Shown here piece by piece: positions 8,004-16,892 of a DNA stretch of 24,000 nt. Under the pieces are notes generated by a model. The model searched no databases. It was not told the origin of the DNA and saw nothing but the letters and a program-made list of their open reading frames with translations. This DNA comes from Tepidibacter thalassicus DSM 15285. GTDB taxonomy: Bacteria; Bacillota; Clostridia; Peptostreptococcales; Peptostreptococcaceae. How positions within the stretch are numbered: position 1 is the stretch's first letter; each line of letters starts with the position of its first letter. The stretch lies in the NCBI RefSeq assembly GCF_900129915.1, contig NZ_FQXH01000022.1, forward strand, positions 1 to 24,000, read 5' to 3'. Made by a program: the position numbers and the translations under genes.

Positions 8004-8063
8004 TTTTGTTTAATTTAGACAAAACAAGATAAAAATCCTTTAATTTGGATTTTGTTCTGTTAA

Positions 8064-8093
8064 TTGAAGTTTGGGTATATTTCTTGTTATAAT
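8064..8093 (+). promoter_or_regulatory. Sigma-A-type promoter for ftsEX
   Basis: TTGAAG (8064-8069), 18-nt spacer, TGtTATAAT extended -10 (8085-8093). Confidence 0.5.
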
Positions 8094-8115
8094 ATAGTAG
8101 TCGGATTTTAAATAT

Positions 8116-8820
8116 ATGACTGGAGTTGATATAGTGATAGAATTTAAGGATGTAAATAAGAGTTATAAAAATGGTAAAGTAGCGCTTTCTAATATAAATT
8201 TAAAAATAGATAAAGGGGAGTTTGTGTTTTTAGTAGGATCTTCTGGAGCTGGAAAATCTACATTTATTAAATTACTGTTAAAAGAGAAAGAAGTAACTAC
8301 TGGAAAGATAATAATAGAAGGGCAAGATATTACGAAAATTCCTAGAAGAAAAATTCCTCAATTTAGAAGAAATATAGGAGTTGTATTTCAAGATTTTAGA
8401 TTGCTTCCAAATAAAACTGTTTATGAAAATGTAGCATTTGCCATGGAGATAATAGGTCAAAGCAGTAAAAATATAAGAAGGAGAGTTCCTTTTATACTTG
8501 GTATGGTAGGTTTAAGTGATAAAGCTAAATTTTATCCGCATGAGCTTTCTGGAGGAGAACAGCAAAGGGTAAGTATAGCTAGAGCCATAGTTAATAAACC
8601 TTCTCTTTTAATTGCAGATGAACCTACTGGAAATTTAGATCCATCTACTGCAAAGGAAATAATGAATCTTCTTATGGATATAAATAGAAGAGGGACAACT
8701 ATAATAATGGCTACCCATGCAAAAGATTTAGTCGATAAAATGAGAAAAAGGGTTATTGCACTTGATAAAGGAAAAGTAGTAAAGGATGAAGAAAGGGGAA
8801 CTTATAATTATGATAAATAG
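8116..8820 (+). CDS. ftsE: Cell-division ABC ATPase FtsE
   Basis: Walker A GSSGAGKST, signature LSGGEQQRV, Walker B LLIADEPT. It overlaps the downstream ftsX. The GTG at 8134, behind a GGAG, is an alternative start (IEFKDVNKSY...). Confidence 0.9.
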   Translation: MTGVDIVIEFKDVNKSYKNGKVALSNINLKIDKGEFVFLVGSSGAGKSTFIKLLLKEKEVTTGKIIIEGQDITKIPRRKIPQFRRNIGVVFQDFRLLPNKTVYENVAFAMEIIGQSSKNIRRRVPFILGMVGLSDKAKFYPHELSGGEQQRVSIARAIVNKPSLLIADEPTGNLDPSTAKEIMNLLMDINRRGTTIIMATHAKDLVDKMRKRVIALDKGKVVKDEERGTYNYDK

Positions 8821-9700
8821 CATAATGTACAATATAAAGGAAGGTGTTAAAGGGGTAGTTAGAAATCCCACCATGGCAGTTGTATCAATAGGGTCTGTTG
8901 CTGCATCTTTATTTATACTTGGAATTATATTTAGTATAGTTTTAAATGTGAATAATTTTACTATGCTTATTCAAAATCAATTTGATAAGGTACAGGTTTA
9001 TTTAGAAAAAGATTTGTCTTCGCAGGATATATTTAATTTAAAAAATCAAATTGAGGAAATTGATGGTGTGAAGGATGTAACTTTTGAATCTAAAGAAGAT
9101 GCACTGAATAAAATGAAAAAAAGATGGGGTAAAGAATCTTATCTTTTAGAGGGATTAGATAATCCTCTTCAAAATTCTTATATAATAGAAGTTGAGGAGT
9201 TGGAAGATATAGGTAAGGTTGCAGAAAAATTGAAAAAATTTAACGGAATAGAAGACGTAAGATATTATAGAGATGTAGTTAAAAAACTTATGAAGTTTTC
9301 TGATTTAGTAAAAACTTCGGGTATTTTTATAATTGTATTGCTTGCTTCTTTATCTTTGTTTATAATTTCAAATACAATAAAATTAGCACTTCATTCTAGA
9401 AAAAAAGAGATAAATATAATGAAATATATAGGGGCTACAGATTGGTTTATAAGAGGACCTTTTATAATAGAAGGTATAATACTTGGAGGTTTAGGAGCTT
9501 TACTTGCATTATGTGTTACTTATTTTGGATATGATTATTTTTATAATAAATTTAGTGTACCTTCTTACTCTGTATTTTCGATTTATATTTTGCCTATTTC
9601 TAGTATAGTAGATAGTTTGTTTTTAATATTTATGGTAATGGGAATAGGTATAGGAATAATAGGTAGTATTATATCTTTAAGAAGGTATTTAAAAGTTTAA
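8810..9700 (+). CDS. ftsX: Cell-division permease-like protein FtsX
   Basis: N-terminal NIKEGVKGVVRNPTMAVVSIGSV, a large extracellular loop, then three C-terminal TM helices. It overlaps the ftsE stop. The ORF-track start at 8786 is an alternative. Confidence 0.85.
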   Translation: MINSIMYNIKEGVKGVVRNPTMAVVSIGSVAASLFILGIIFSIVLNVNNFTMLIQNQFDKVQVYLEKDLSSQDIFNLKNQIEEIDGVKDVTFESKEDALNKMKKRWGKESYLLEGLDNPLQNSYIIEVEELEDIGKVAEKLKKFNGIEDVRYYRDVVKKLMKFSDLVKTSGIFIIVLLASLSLFIISNTIKLALHSRKKEINIMKYIGATDWFIRGPFIIEGIILGGLGALLALCVTYFGYDYFYNKFSVPSYSVFSIYILPISSIVDSLFLIFMVMGIGIGIIGSIISLRRYLKV

Positions 9701-9733
9701 TTTTTTTTAAAGCTGAGGCAAAGGAGGGAAGGG

Positions 9734-10861
9734 ATGAGGAAAATAGTTTTTGTTTTGTCAGTTTTAATGGTATTTACTTCATTTAATGTATTTGCAGATA
9801 ATTTATCTGATTATCAAAAGAAATTGAATGATGCAAAAAAAAGCATGAATAATATAAATAAGGCGTTAAATGAAAATAAACAAGCTCAAAAAAGTGTTCA
9901 ACAAAAGATTAATAAATTAAGTACTCAAATAGGTGAAAAAGAAAATAGTATTAAAAAACTTCAATCGGAATTAAACAAAACTAAAAGTGAAATACAAAAA
10001 ACTACGAAAGAAATAGAAAAATTAGAAAATAAAATTAAAGAAAATGAAGAACTTTTAGGAAAAAGACTTAGAGTAATGTATAAGACATCTAATATCAGCT
10101 ATATTGAGATTTTATTGAATTCAAAAGATATATCGGAATTTCTTTCAAATTTGGATATGATTAAAAAAATTGTAAATTACGATAAAAATTTATTGGCAGA
10201 ACTTGAAGAAGATAAAAAAGTTGTAGAGTATAAAAAGCAAGAACTTGTAAATAAGGAAAATAGAATGGTTTCTTTAAAAAGAGAAATAGAATTTGAAAAG
10301 GGTAGACTTGTTGTTTCAAGAGGAGAGAAAATCAGGTTAAAACAACAATTAAAATTAGATCAAATTAAAATGGAAAGGGATATAGATGAACTTAACAGGT
10401 ATGCTAAATCTTTAGAAACTCAAATTAAAAAATTACAATCAAAAGGTGATTATATAGGTGGAATAATGGCTTGGCCAGTTCCAGGAAGAACTAGGATTTC
10501 ATCTCCTTTTGGTATGAGGTATCACCCTATTTTAAAGAAAAAGAAAATGCATACAGGTATAGATATTCCAGCACCAGTGGGAACGAATATAGTAGCTGCT
10601 AATGATGGTAAAGTTATTAGTGCTGGGTGGCTTGGTGGATATGGAAAAGCTGTTATTATTGACCATGGCGGTGGAATAGTAACTCTTTATGGCCATAATT
10701 CTAAGCTTTTAGTTTCTGAAGGGGACAAAGTAAAAAGAGGACAAGTTATAGCAAAAGCTGGTTCTACGGGAAATTCAACTGGTCCACATCTTCATTTTGA
10801 AGTTAGAAAAGATGGAAAATACGTTAATCCTTTGCCATGGGTTAAATCAAAAAAAAGGTAA
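9734..10861 (+). CDS. Secreted coiled-coil M23 peptidoglycan metalloendopeptidase (PcsB/EnvC-like FtsEX partner)
   Basis: Signal peptide, ~200 aa of heptad-like K/E/Q/L-rich sequence, and a C-terminal M23 domain with HTGID (HxxxD) and PHLHFE (HxH) intact. Confidence 0.85.
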   Translation: MRKIVFVLSVLMVFTSFNVFADNLSDYQKKLNDAKKSMNNINKALNENKQAQKSVQQKINKLSTQIGEKENSIKKLQSELNKTKSEIQKTTKEIEKLENKIKENEELLGKRLRVMYKTSNISYIEILLNSKDISEFLSNLDMIKKIVNYDKNLLAELEEDKKVVEYKKQELVNKENRMVSLKREIEFEKGRLVVSRGEKIRLKQQLKLDQIKMERDIDELNRYAKSLETQIKKLQSKGDYIGGIMAWPVPGRTRISSPFGMRYHPILKKKKMHTGIDIPAPVGTNIVAANDGKVISAGWLGGYGKAVIIDHGGGIVTLYGHNSKLLVSEGDKVKRGQVIAKAGSTGNSTGPHLHFEVRKDGKYVNPLPWVKSKKR

Positions 10862-10936
10862 CAATTCTTTATTCGTTATAAAAAGTATATATTAAACATA
10901 TAATATTTATAGATTTTTCAAAAGGAGATGTAGTTT

Positions 10937-12091
10937 ATGATATCTAAAAAAAAGGCTATTATTTGGGGGAGTATATTGGTTTTAATTACCTCTCTTATAA
11001 CTGTAAATGTTCAATTGGTATTAGGAGATAGGGTATTAGTTTCAAGAGAAGTTTTTGATGAATATAACAAATTTTCTAAAATGTATTCATTAAAAAAAGT
11101 AATAGAAAAAAACTATTATACAAAAGTAAAAGAGGAAGATTTGGTAAATGGAGCTATTAAAGGATTATTTGAAGGTCTTAATGATCCATATTCTCAGTAT
11201 ATGACAAAAGAAGAATTTAAAGATTTAATGGAATATACTGAGGGATCTTATAGTGGAATAGGTGTAATTGTTACACCTGGAGAAGATGGATTTATTACAG
11301 TGGTATCTGCTATAGAAGATACACCGGGATTTAGAGCAGGTATTAAACCTGGAGATAAAATAGTAAAGGTCAACGGAAAAAATGTTACAGCTAAAGAGAT
11401 GGATAAAGCTGTATCTATGATGAAGGGTAAAGCTAAAACAAAAGTTACACTAACTATTGCAAGAGAAAATAAAAAAACTTTTGATTTGACTATAAAAAGA
11501 GAAAAAATAAGACTTAAAACAGTTAAGTCTCAAGTTCTTGAAGATAATATAGGATATATAAGAATAACAATGTTTGATAAAAAAACTGCCGATGATTTTA
11601 AACAAAATTTAAAAGAGTTACAGTCTAAGAATATCAAAGGATTGATTATAGATTTAAGAGATAATCCTGGAGGACTTTTAGATCAATGTAAAGAAATAGC
11701 AGACGAATTGTTAGGTGAAGGGATTATAGTTTATACAAAGGATAATAAGGGAAATAAGGAATATTTAAAATCTGATTCTAATAAAATAGATATTCCTCTT
11801 GCGTTGCTTGTAAACGAAGGTTCTGCTTCAGCATCTGAAATTTTATCTGGAGCTGTAAGAGATAATAAAGCTGGAGTTCTTATTGGAACTACTACATTTG
11901 GCAAAGGATTAGTTCAAACCGTAAAAGATCTTAGAGATGGAACAGGATTTAAATTGACAATAGCTCAGTATTTTACTCCAAATGGAGAATATATACATGG
12001 AAAAGGAATAAAGCCTGATATAGTAGTTGAAAAAGTGGAAGATCAACTTCCAAAAGCAATAGAATATATTAAAAGTAAAATAGGACAATAA
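10937..12091 (+). CDS. S41 carboxy-terminal processing protease with a PDZ domain
   Basis: N-terminal TM anchor, PDZ region (GIKPGDKIVKVNG), and S41 motifs NEGSASASEILSGA and TFGKGLVQT. Confidence 0.85.
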   Translation: MISKKKAIIWGSILVLITSLITVNVQLVLGDRVLVSREVFDEYNKFSKMYSLKKVIEKNYYTKVKEEDLVNGAIKGLFEGLNDPYSQYMTKEEFKDLMEYTEGSYSGIGVIVTPGEDGFITVVSAIEDTPGFRAGIKPGDKIVKVNGKNVTAKEMDKAVSMMKGKAKTKVTLTIARENKKTFDLTIKREKIRLKTVKSQVLEDNIGYIRITMFDKKTADDFKQNLKELQSKNIKGLIIDLRDNPGGLLDQCKEIADELLGEGIIVYTKDNKGNKEYLKSDSNKIDIPLALLVNEGSASASEILSGAVRDNKAGVLIGTTTFGKGLVQTVKDLRDGTGFKLTIAQYFTPNGEYIHGKGIKPDIVVEKVEDQLPKAIEYIKSKIGQ

Positions 12092-12119
12092 AAAATGGCT
12101 GTAGCACAGCCATTTTTTA
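12090..12119. terminator. Bidirectional terminator shared by convergent genes
   Basis: AAAAAA-TGGCTGT-agc-ACAGCCA-TTTTTT, with symmetric A and T tracts. Confidence 0.8.
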
Positions 12120-12124
12120 TTGTC

Positions 12125-12373
12125 TTAACATGGATTAGAGTGAAAATATTCTATGTGTTTTATATTTTTCTTTTTAACTTCTTTATACTGCCATCTTCTT
12201 TCACAAGGATCCCATCTACATAAATAACAATATTCTCTATCGTATTTTTTTATATATGCTAAATAATTGAAACCATTTTTATGATATACATATGCAAATT
12301 TGTTAATTTTTTTTCTGTAAGTATAGTCTTCAGCTTCTATTGTATTTGAAAAATAATCATACATATAATTCAC
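12125..12373 (-). CDS. Hypothetical Tyr/Cys-rich small protein (82 aa)
   Basis: AAGGAG just upstream of the ATG, and terminators on both sides. 14 Tyr and 4 Cys (CYLC...C...C-terminal C). I recognise no family. Confidence 0.55.
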   Translation of the reverse strand: MNYMYDYFSNTIEAEDYTYRKKINKFAYVYHKNGFNYLAYIKKYDREYCYLCRWDPCERRWQYKEVKKKNIKHIEYFHSNPC

Positions 12374-12452
12374 TCCTTAGAATAATTAAATTTTCTTGCA
12401 ATATATTTTATTAAAAATCATATTAAATGTGATTTTTGAAATGAAAATTTTT

Positions 12453-12492
12453 AAAATAAAAAAAAGACTTCCAGGGTGATGGATGGAAGTCT
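12453..12492 (-). terminator. Intrinsic terminator of the activase operon
   Basis: AGACTTCCA (12466-12474) pairs with TGGAAGTCT (12484-12492). Read on the minus strand, T8 then aTTTT follows. Confidence 0.8.
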
Positions 12493-12573
12493 TTGAAATG
12501 AGGTGTTGCGTAATTGTCTGTTCATTAATATTATCGGATATTTATATAGGATATTTAATGTAATTTTTAGAAT

Positions 12574-13557
12574 TTATTCAAATGAGCAAGCTACATTTAG
12601 ATTACTCCATTTACCACATTTATCTCCCCATCTAGCAACTAATTCATCATCTCTATAAATTCCAATAATTTCGCATACATTTGGGCAGTTATCACATTCA
12701 AACCCTTTTACTTTAAAGTTTTTGTCTGTTATATTAAATCCTAAAAAATTACTTTTTTCTTTGTTTTTTACTTTTTCTTTGGCAAGTAGAGCTGCTCCAA
12801 TGGCGCCCATGACATTATGATATTTAGGAACGTGTATTTCATATCCAAGAGCTTTTTCAAAAGCTTTTTTTATTCCGATATTAGCTGCAACTCCTCCTTG
12901 AAATACTATAGGAGGTTGTATATCTTTTCCTTTTGCTAAATTGTTCAAATAATTTCTAACTAATGCTTCGCATAATCCATTTATTATATCCTCTTGACTA
13001 TATCCGAGTTGTTGTTTATGGATCATATCGGATTCTGCAAATACAGCACATCTTCCTGCTATTCTAACTTGAGTAGTAGAATTAAGTGCTAATTTACCAA
13101 ATTCTTCTATAGGGATTCCAAGTCTTGATGCTTGTCGATCTAAAAAAGAACCTGTTCCAGCGGCACATACTGTATTCATTGCAAAATCACTTATAACGTT
13201 ATTTCTTAATAGTATAATTTTTGAATCTTGTCCACCTATTTCTAAAATGGTTTTAACACCTGGAACGAAGTTTAATGCAGCAATTGCATGAGCGGTAATT
13301 TCATTTTTTACAATATCTGCTCCTACCATAACACTAGCGAGTTCTCTTCCACTTCCAGTTGTTCCAACTCCAGAGATTTGTATATTATCTAGATTTTTTA
13401 GAGATTTTTTTATTTTTCCTAAACCTTCTTTTAATACGTTAATCGGGTTTCCCATAGTTCTTATATATAGTTTTTCTAATAAATTATTATTTTCATCTAT
13501 AATTACTATATTGGTACTTACTGAGCCTACATCAATTCCAAGATAAACATTTTTCAT
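12574..13557 (-). CDS. BcrAD/BadFG/HgdC-family ATPase (acyl-CoA dehydratase-type activase) with a Cys-rich C-terminal extension
   Basis: GIDVGSVSTN phosphate-binding start. NTVCAAGTGSFLD and AGRCAVFAESD match the cluster-ligand segments of HgdC-type activators. Extra tail FECDNCPNVCE...KCGKW...C. SD AAAGGAG. Overlaps the upstream gene by 26 nt. Confidence 0.85.
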   Translation of the reverse strand: MKNVYLGIDVGSVSTNIVIIDENNNLLEKLYIRTMGNPINVLKEGLGKIKKSLKNLDNIQISGVGTTGSGRELASVMVGADIVKNEITAHAIAALNFVPGVKTILEIGGQDSKIILLRNNVISDFAMNTVCAAGTGSFLDRQASRLGIPIEEFGKLALNSTTQVRIAGRCAVFAESDMIHKQQLGYSQEDIINGLCEALVRNYLNNLAKGKDIQPPIVFQGGVAANIGIKKAFEKALGYEIHVPKYHNVMGAIGAALLAKEKVKNKEKSNFLGFNITDKNFKVKGFECDNCPNVCEIIGIYRDDELVARWGDKCGKWSNLNVACSFE

Positions 13558-14647
13558 TGTTAATAAACTCCTTTCTTCTTGAAAGTAAATCTATAAAAGC
13601 CTCTATTCGAGTTAAATATCCAGCTTCACCTGTCATTTCATCTAATATTAGAGATAGAATAGGAATACTTTTTTCGTTTTCTATAGTTGGAAGAATGCTT
13701 TGTGCTACAATTTCGGGCATACATGTAAATGGCAGTAGGTGAATGACGCCATCATAGTTTTTTTGACTATATCTAACTGTATTTCCTATAGTTTGTTTAG
13801 CGTGGCCTCCTATTTGTTTACTTAAATATGGTTTTGCAGCTTTGTGAATGTCTTTTTTTTCAGAATGTATAAATGGAAGAAAGTCCATTTGCTCTTTTAA
13901 AAATTCACTGGAGTTTATAGATTTGTGTACTTCAATTCCCATATTACCTAATTTTTTTTCAATATTGAAATTTACGAAAGGTTCTACAATTGTGTATATT
14001 TCTCCTACAATTCCTATTTTTAGGACATTTTTGTTTTTGTCAATTTTTATTTTTTTTAGTTTTTCTTTATTTTTTTCTATAATTTTGATAGTTTCTTTAA
14101 ATCCTTTTGAGTTATTTATATCTCTTTCGAATTGAGAGTATATTTTATCTACTTCTCCTTTGATTATTTCTCTTGGTCTTATTGTATTTACAATATTGTC
14201 AAATTCATCAACTTCAAATAGTATTTTTATGCCTTTTTTAAAAGCAGATAAAATTTTAAAGTAATTATTCGTGTTGGATACTTTTTTTAGTTTTTGAAGA
14301 AAATCTTTTATTTCTTCTAGTGTTCTAAAAGGTTCTACGGAAATCATTTCAACATTGTAACCTAAATCGTTTAATATTTCTCTTTGAAGTGTACTGTATA
14401 GTCCTAATCTGCAAGGTCCACATCCGCTTATCATAAAAATAGTGTCTGCTCCTTTTTTAATTCCTTCTATATAATTTCCCATATTAATTTTAAAAGGCAT
14501 ACAAATAAGTTCTGGTGAATATTTTGTACCAATCTCGAGAGTATTTTTACTGCATTTTGGAGGAGTTATTACCTCGACATTTAATTCTTCAAACATAACT
14601 TTGATAGCTATGTATGTATTACCCATGTGTGGGAACGTTACTTTCAT
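13532..14647 (-). CDS. Activase-associated Cys-rich protein (DUF2229 / HGD-D-like), subunit 2
   Basis: 371 aa, paralogous to the upstream 313-aa product. Motifs ELICMPFK, SGCGPCRLG, LPFTCMPE, and tail LDEMTGEAGYLTRIEAFIDLL. GGAGGG SD. 29-nt overlap with the upstream gene. Confidence 0.75.
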   Translation of the reverse strand: MKVTFPHMGNTYIAIKVMFEELNVEVITPPKCSKNTLEIGTKYSPELICMPFKINMGNYIEGIKKGADTIFMISGCGPCRLGLYSTLQREILNDLGYNVEMISVEPFRTLEEIKDFLQKLKKVSNTNNYFKILSAFKKGIKILFEVDEFDNIVNTIRPREIIKGEVDKIYSQFERDINNSKGFKETIKIIEKNKEKLKKIKIDKNKNVLKIGIVGEIYTIVEPFVNFNIEKKLGNMGIEVHKSINSSEFLKEQMDFLPFIHSEKKDIHKAAKPYLSKQIGGHAKQTIGNTVRYSQKNYDGVIHLLPFTCMPEIVAQSILPTIENEKSIPILSLILDEMTGEAGYLTRIEAFIDLLSRRKEFINNEKCLSWN

Positions 14648-15560
14648 TTTTATCCCTCCATTTAATCATATCTATAAAAGCTTCAATTCTTGTATTTAAA
14701 CCTCCTTCTCCTGTGTGTTCATCTAAAGTTAGAAGCATAAAAGGAATATCACTTTCTCTTTTTATATATCTTTCTATTGTGTCTGCTACAACAGAATCAA
14801 TTCCACATCCAAAAGATGATACATAGATAATTCCATTGACAATTTTATTCTCGATTAAATAAAGTGTAGTTCCGATGAGTTTTCTAGCAAATGTCCAAAA
14901 TATTTTTCCTTTATATTTTTTGGCATATTCATTGATATAAATATCGTCTATCATTTGAGGAGTTAATACATCAATTTCATTTAAATTTATTTTGTTTATT
15001 GTATTCATATTTACGTAAGTATCGTATAAGTTATATGTATGTCCCATAAGCATAATTTTTTTATTATTTTTATTGGGGATATTATTTAACATATTTTTTT
15101 TATATTCTTCAAATTTTAAATATGCTATATCGTAGGCACGTGATATAGTATTAAAATCAGTTGAGAAATATTTTCCTATTTCATAAATAGTTTCATTTAA
15201 ATTGTCTTTTGATTTTATAAAATTAATTTCAGTATTAATGATTTCTGGTAAATCTTTTATTGAATTTTTAATCATTTCTGGTAGACCGCAAAATTTTGGA
15301 CAAATATGTTCACCTTTAAATAAACTCATTATTCTAGGTATAAAAATATAATCAACTTTATCTTTTAAATTTAATACATGTCCGTGAAATAATTTAACGG
15401 GTAAACATGCATCATCTACTGTATTTTGTACTCCTTCGTTGAGAATTTTTTTATTTGTATTTTCAGATATTATAACTTGAGCACCTAATTCCTCGAAGAA
15501 AGTTGTCCATAAAGGAGCGTATTCATGAAAAAGAAGTGCTCTAGGTATTCCTATTTTCAT
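14619..15560 (-). CDS. Activase-related protein (DUF2229-like), subunit 1
   Basis: 313 aa. Motifs DDACLPVK, HICPKFCGLPE, SSFGCGIDS, and tail LDEHTGEGGLNTRIEAFIDMI. AGGAGG SD 8 nt upstream of the ATG. Confidence 0.75.
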   Translation of the reverse strand: MKIGIPRALLFHEYAPLWTTFFEELGAQVIISENTNKKILNEGVQNTVDDACLPVKLFHGHVLNLKDKVDYIFIPRIMSLFKGEHICPKFCGLPEMIKNSIKDLPEIINTEINFIKSKDNLNETIYEIGKYFSTDFNTISRAYDIAYLKFEEYKKNMLNNIPNKNNKKIMLMGHTYNLYDTYVNMNTINKINLNEIDVLTPQMIDDIYINEYAKKYKGKIFWTFARKLIGTTLYLIENKIVNGIIYVSSFGCGIDSVVADTIERYIKRESDIPFMLLTLDEHTGEGGLNTRIEAFIDMIKWRDKNESNVPTHG

Positions 15561-15695
15561 AAATTCATCCTCCTAATCTATTATCAGTTTGATATTATTG
15601 ACAAATATTATAAATTTATTCATTTTAAAATATTAGATTAAATCTTTTTTTCTGTGGTATTATTAGATAAGTAACTAAAATTAAGGAGTGAAAAA

Positions 15696-16892
15696 ATGAT
15701 TGATTTAACTAAGCTTTTAAGTAAAACTGATATAGAAAAGGATTGTATAAGATATTCAAAGGATTGTAGTAAAGCTAAAAGTGGAGTACGAAAAGGCATG
15801 GGTCCTGTTGTGGTATGGAATATAACTAATATATGTAATTTTAAATGCAAGCACTGCTACTCAAATGCAGTTTCGTATAAAAGTGAAGAAGAGTTAAGCA
15901 CTAAAGAAGTAAAAAAGGTTATAGATGATTTAGCTAGTATAAATGTGCCAGTAATATTATTATCTGGAGGAGAGCCTCTTATGAGGAATGATATATTTGA
16001 GATTATAAAATACATAAAATATAAAGGTATTAGAGTGAGTCTTTCAACTAATGGAAGTCTTATAACACAGGATACTGCTAGAATATTAAAAGATTTAGGT
16101 ATTGGTTATGTGGGCATTAGTTTGGATGGGACTTCTAAAACTAATGATTATTTTAGAGGAGTTAATGGAGCATATGATAGGGTTGTGAATGCCATAAAAA
16201 ATTGTAAAGAAGTAGACCAAAAGGTGGGTCTTAGATTTACTATTCAAAAGAAAAACTATAAAGAGGTAAAAGATATTTTAAAATTAGTAGATGAAATGGA
16301 TATTCCAAGAATTTGCTTTTATCATTTAGTTCCTAGTGGAAGAGGTCAAAGTATAATTGATGATATGTTATCTCATGATGAAATTAAATATGTTATAGAT
16401 GTTTTATATTATTATGTAAAAAATATGGTGAATGAAAATAAAAATATTAAAGAGATATTAACAGTTGCAAATTTTACAGATGGTGTATATGTGTATCTAA
16501 AGGAAAAAGATGCTAATCAAAAAGAAAGGATATTAGAGCTTTTAAAAAGAAATGGTGGAAATAGATCAGGAAGTGCAATTGCAAATATTGACTATAGGGG
16601 AAATGTATATCCAGATCAATTTTTTAAAAGCCATATATTAGGAAATGTAAAAGAGAACTCTTTTTCTGAAATATGGAATGGAGAAAATATATTTTTAAGT
16701 GAACTGAGGAATAAAAAAGAAAAAGTAAAGGGAAGATGTAAAAGCTGTAAATATCTTGATATATGTAAAGGGAATTTAAGAGCTAGAGCTTATGGATATT
16801 ACGGTGATATTTGGGCTGAGGATCCTAGCTGCTATCTTACAGATAAAGAAATTGGGGTGAAAAATAATGATTATATCATGGAACATGACTAA
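15696..16892 (+). CDS. ahbC: Radical-SAM enzyme, NirJ1/AhbC-like (Fe-coproporphyrin III synthase candidate)
   Basis: CNFKCKHC CxxxCxxC motif, GGEPL SAM-binding motif, C-terminal CKSCKYLDICKG...C cluster motif. AAGGAG SD. In a cassette with a second radical-SAM gene and two siroheme decarboxylase-type genes. The AhbC versus AhbD assignment is tentative. Confidence 0.65.
   Translation: MIDLTKLLSKTDIEKDCIRYSKDCSKAKSGVRKGMGPVVVWNITNICNFKCKHCYSNAVSYKSEEELSTKEVKKVIDDLASINVPVILLSGGEPLMRNDIFEIIKYIKYKGIRVSLSTNGSLITQDTARILKDLGIGYVGISLDGTSKTNDYFRGVNGAYDRVVNAIKNCKEVDQKVGLRFTIQKKNYKEVKDILKLVDEMDIPRICFYHLVPSGRGQSIIDDMLSHDEIKYVIDVLYYYVKNMVNENKNIKEILTVANFTDGVYVYLKEKDANQKERILELLKRNGGNRSGSAIANIDYRGNVYPDQFFKSHILGNVKENSFSEIWNGENIFLSELRNKKEKVKGRCKSCKYLDICKGNLRARAYGYYGDIWAEDPSCYLTDKEIGVKNNDYIMEHD

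Noticed and set aside
7831-8013. 60-aa plus-strand ORF overlapping the cyclo-ligase gene
   Set aside because: Antisense to a recognisable enzyme gene, with F/I/S-rich junk composition.
8278-8460. 60-aa minus-strand ORF inside ftsE
   Set aside because: Antisense to ftsE, with no SD and a low-complexity product.
13557-14826. Three plus-strand ORFs (13557-13742, 13848-14135, 14614-14826) opposite the activase trio
   Set aside because: All are antisense to CDSs with clear family motifs and coupled starts. Their translations are low-complexity S/I/F-rich.
12574-15560. Annotating the trio as bona fide 2-hydroxyglutaryl-CoA dehydratase hgdC-hgdA-hgdB (or benzoyl-CoA reductase)
   Set aside because: The two partner proteins are mutual paralogues with a shared LDExTGExG..TRIEAFID tail and Cys spacing that I associate with DUF2229-type proteins, not HgdA/HgdB. 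No CoA-transferase or fermentation context is present. I kept the trio as unknown-substrate rather than naming a pathway.
15638-15850. 70-aa minus-strand ORF overlapping the start of the first radical-SAM gene
   Set aside because: It overlaps the radical-SAM CxxxCxxC region on the opposite strand and crosses the intergenic promoter region. There is no SD.
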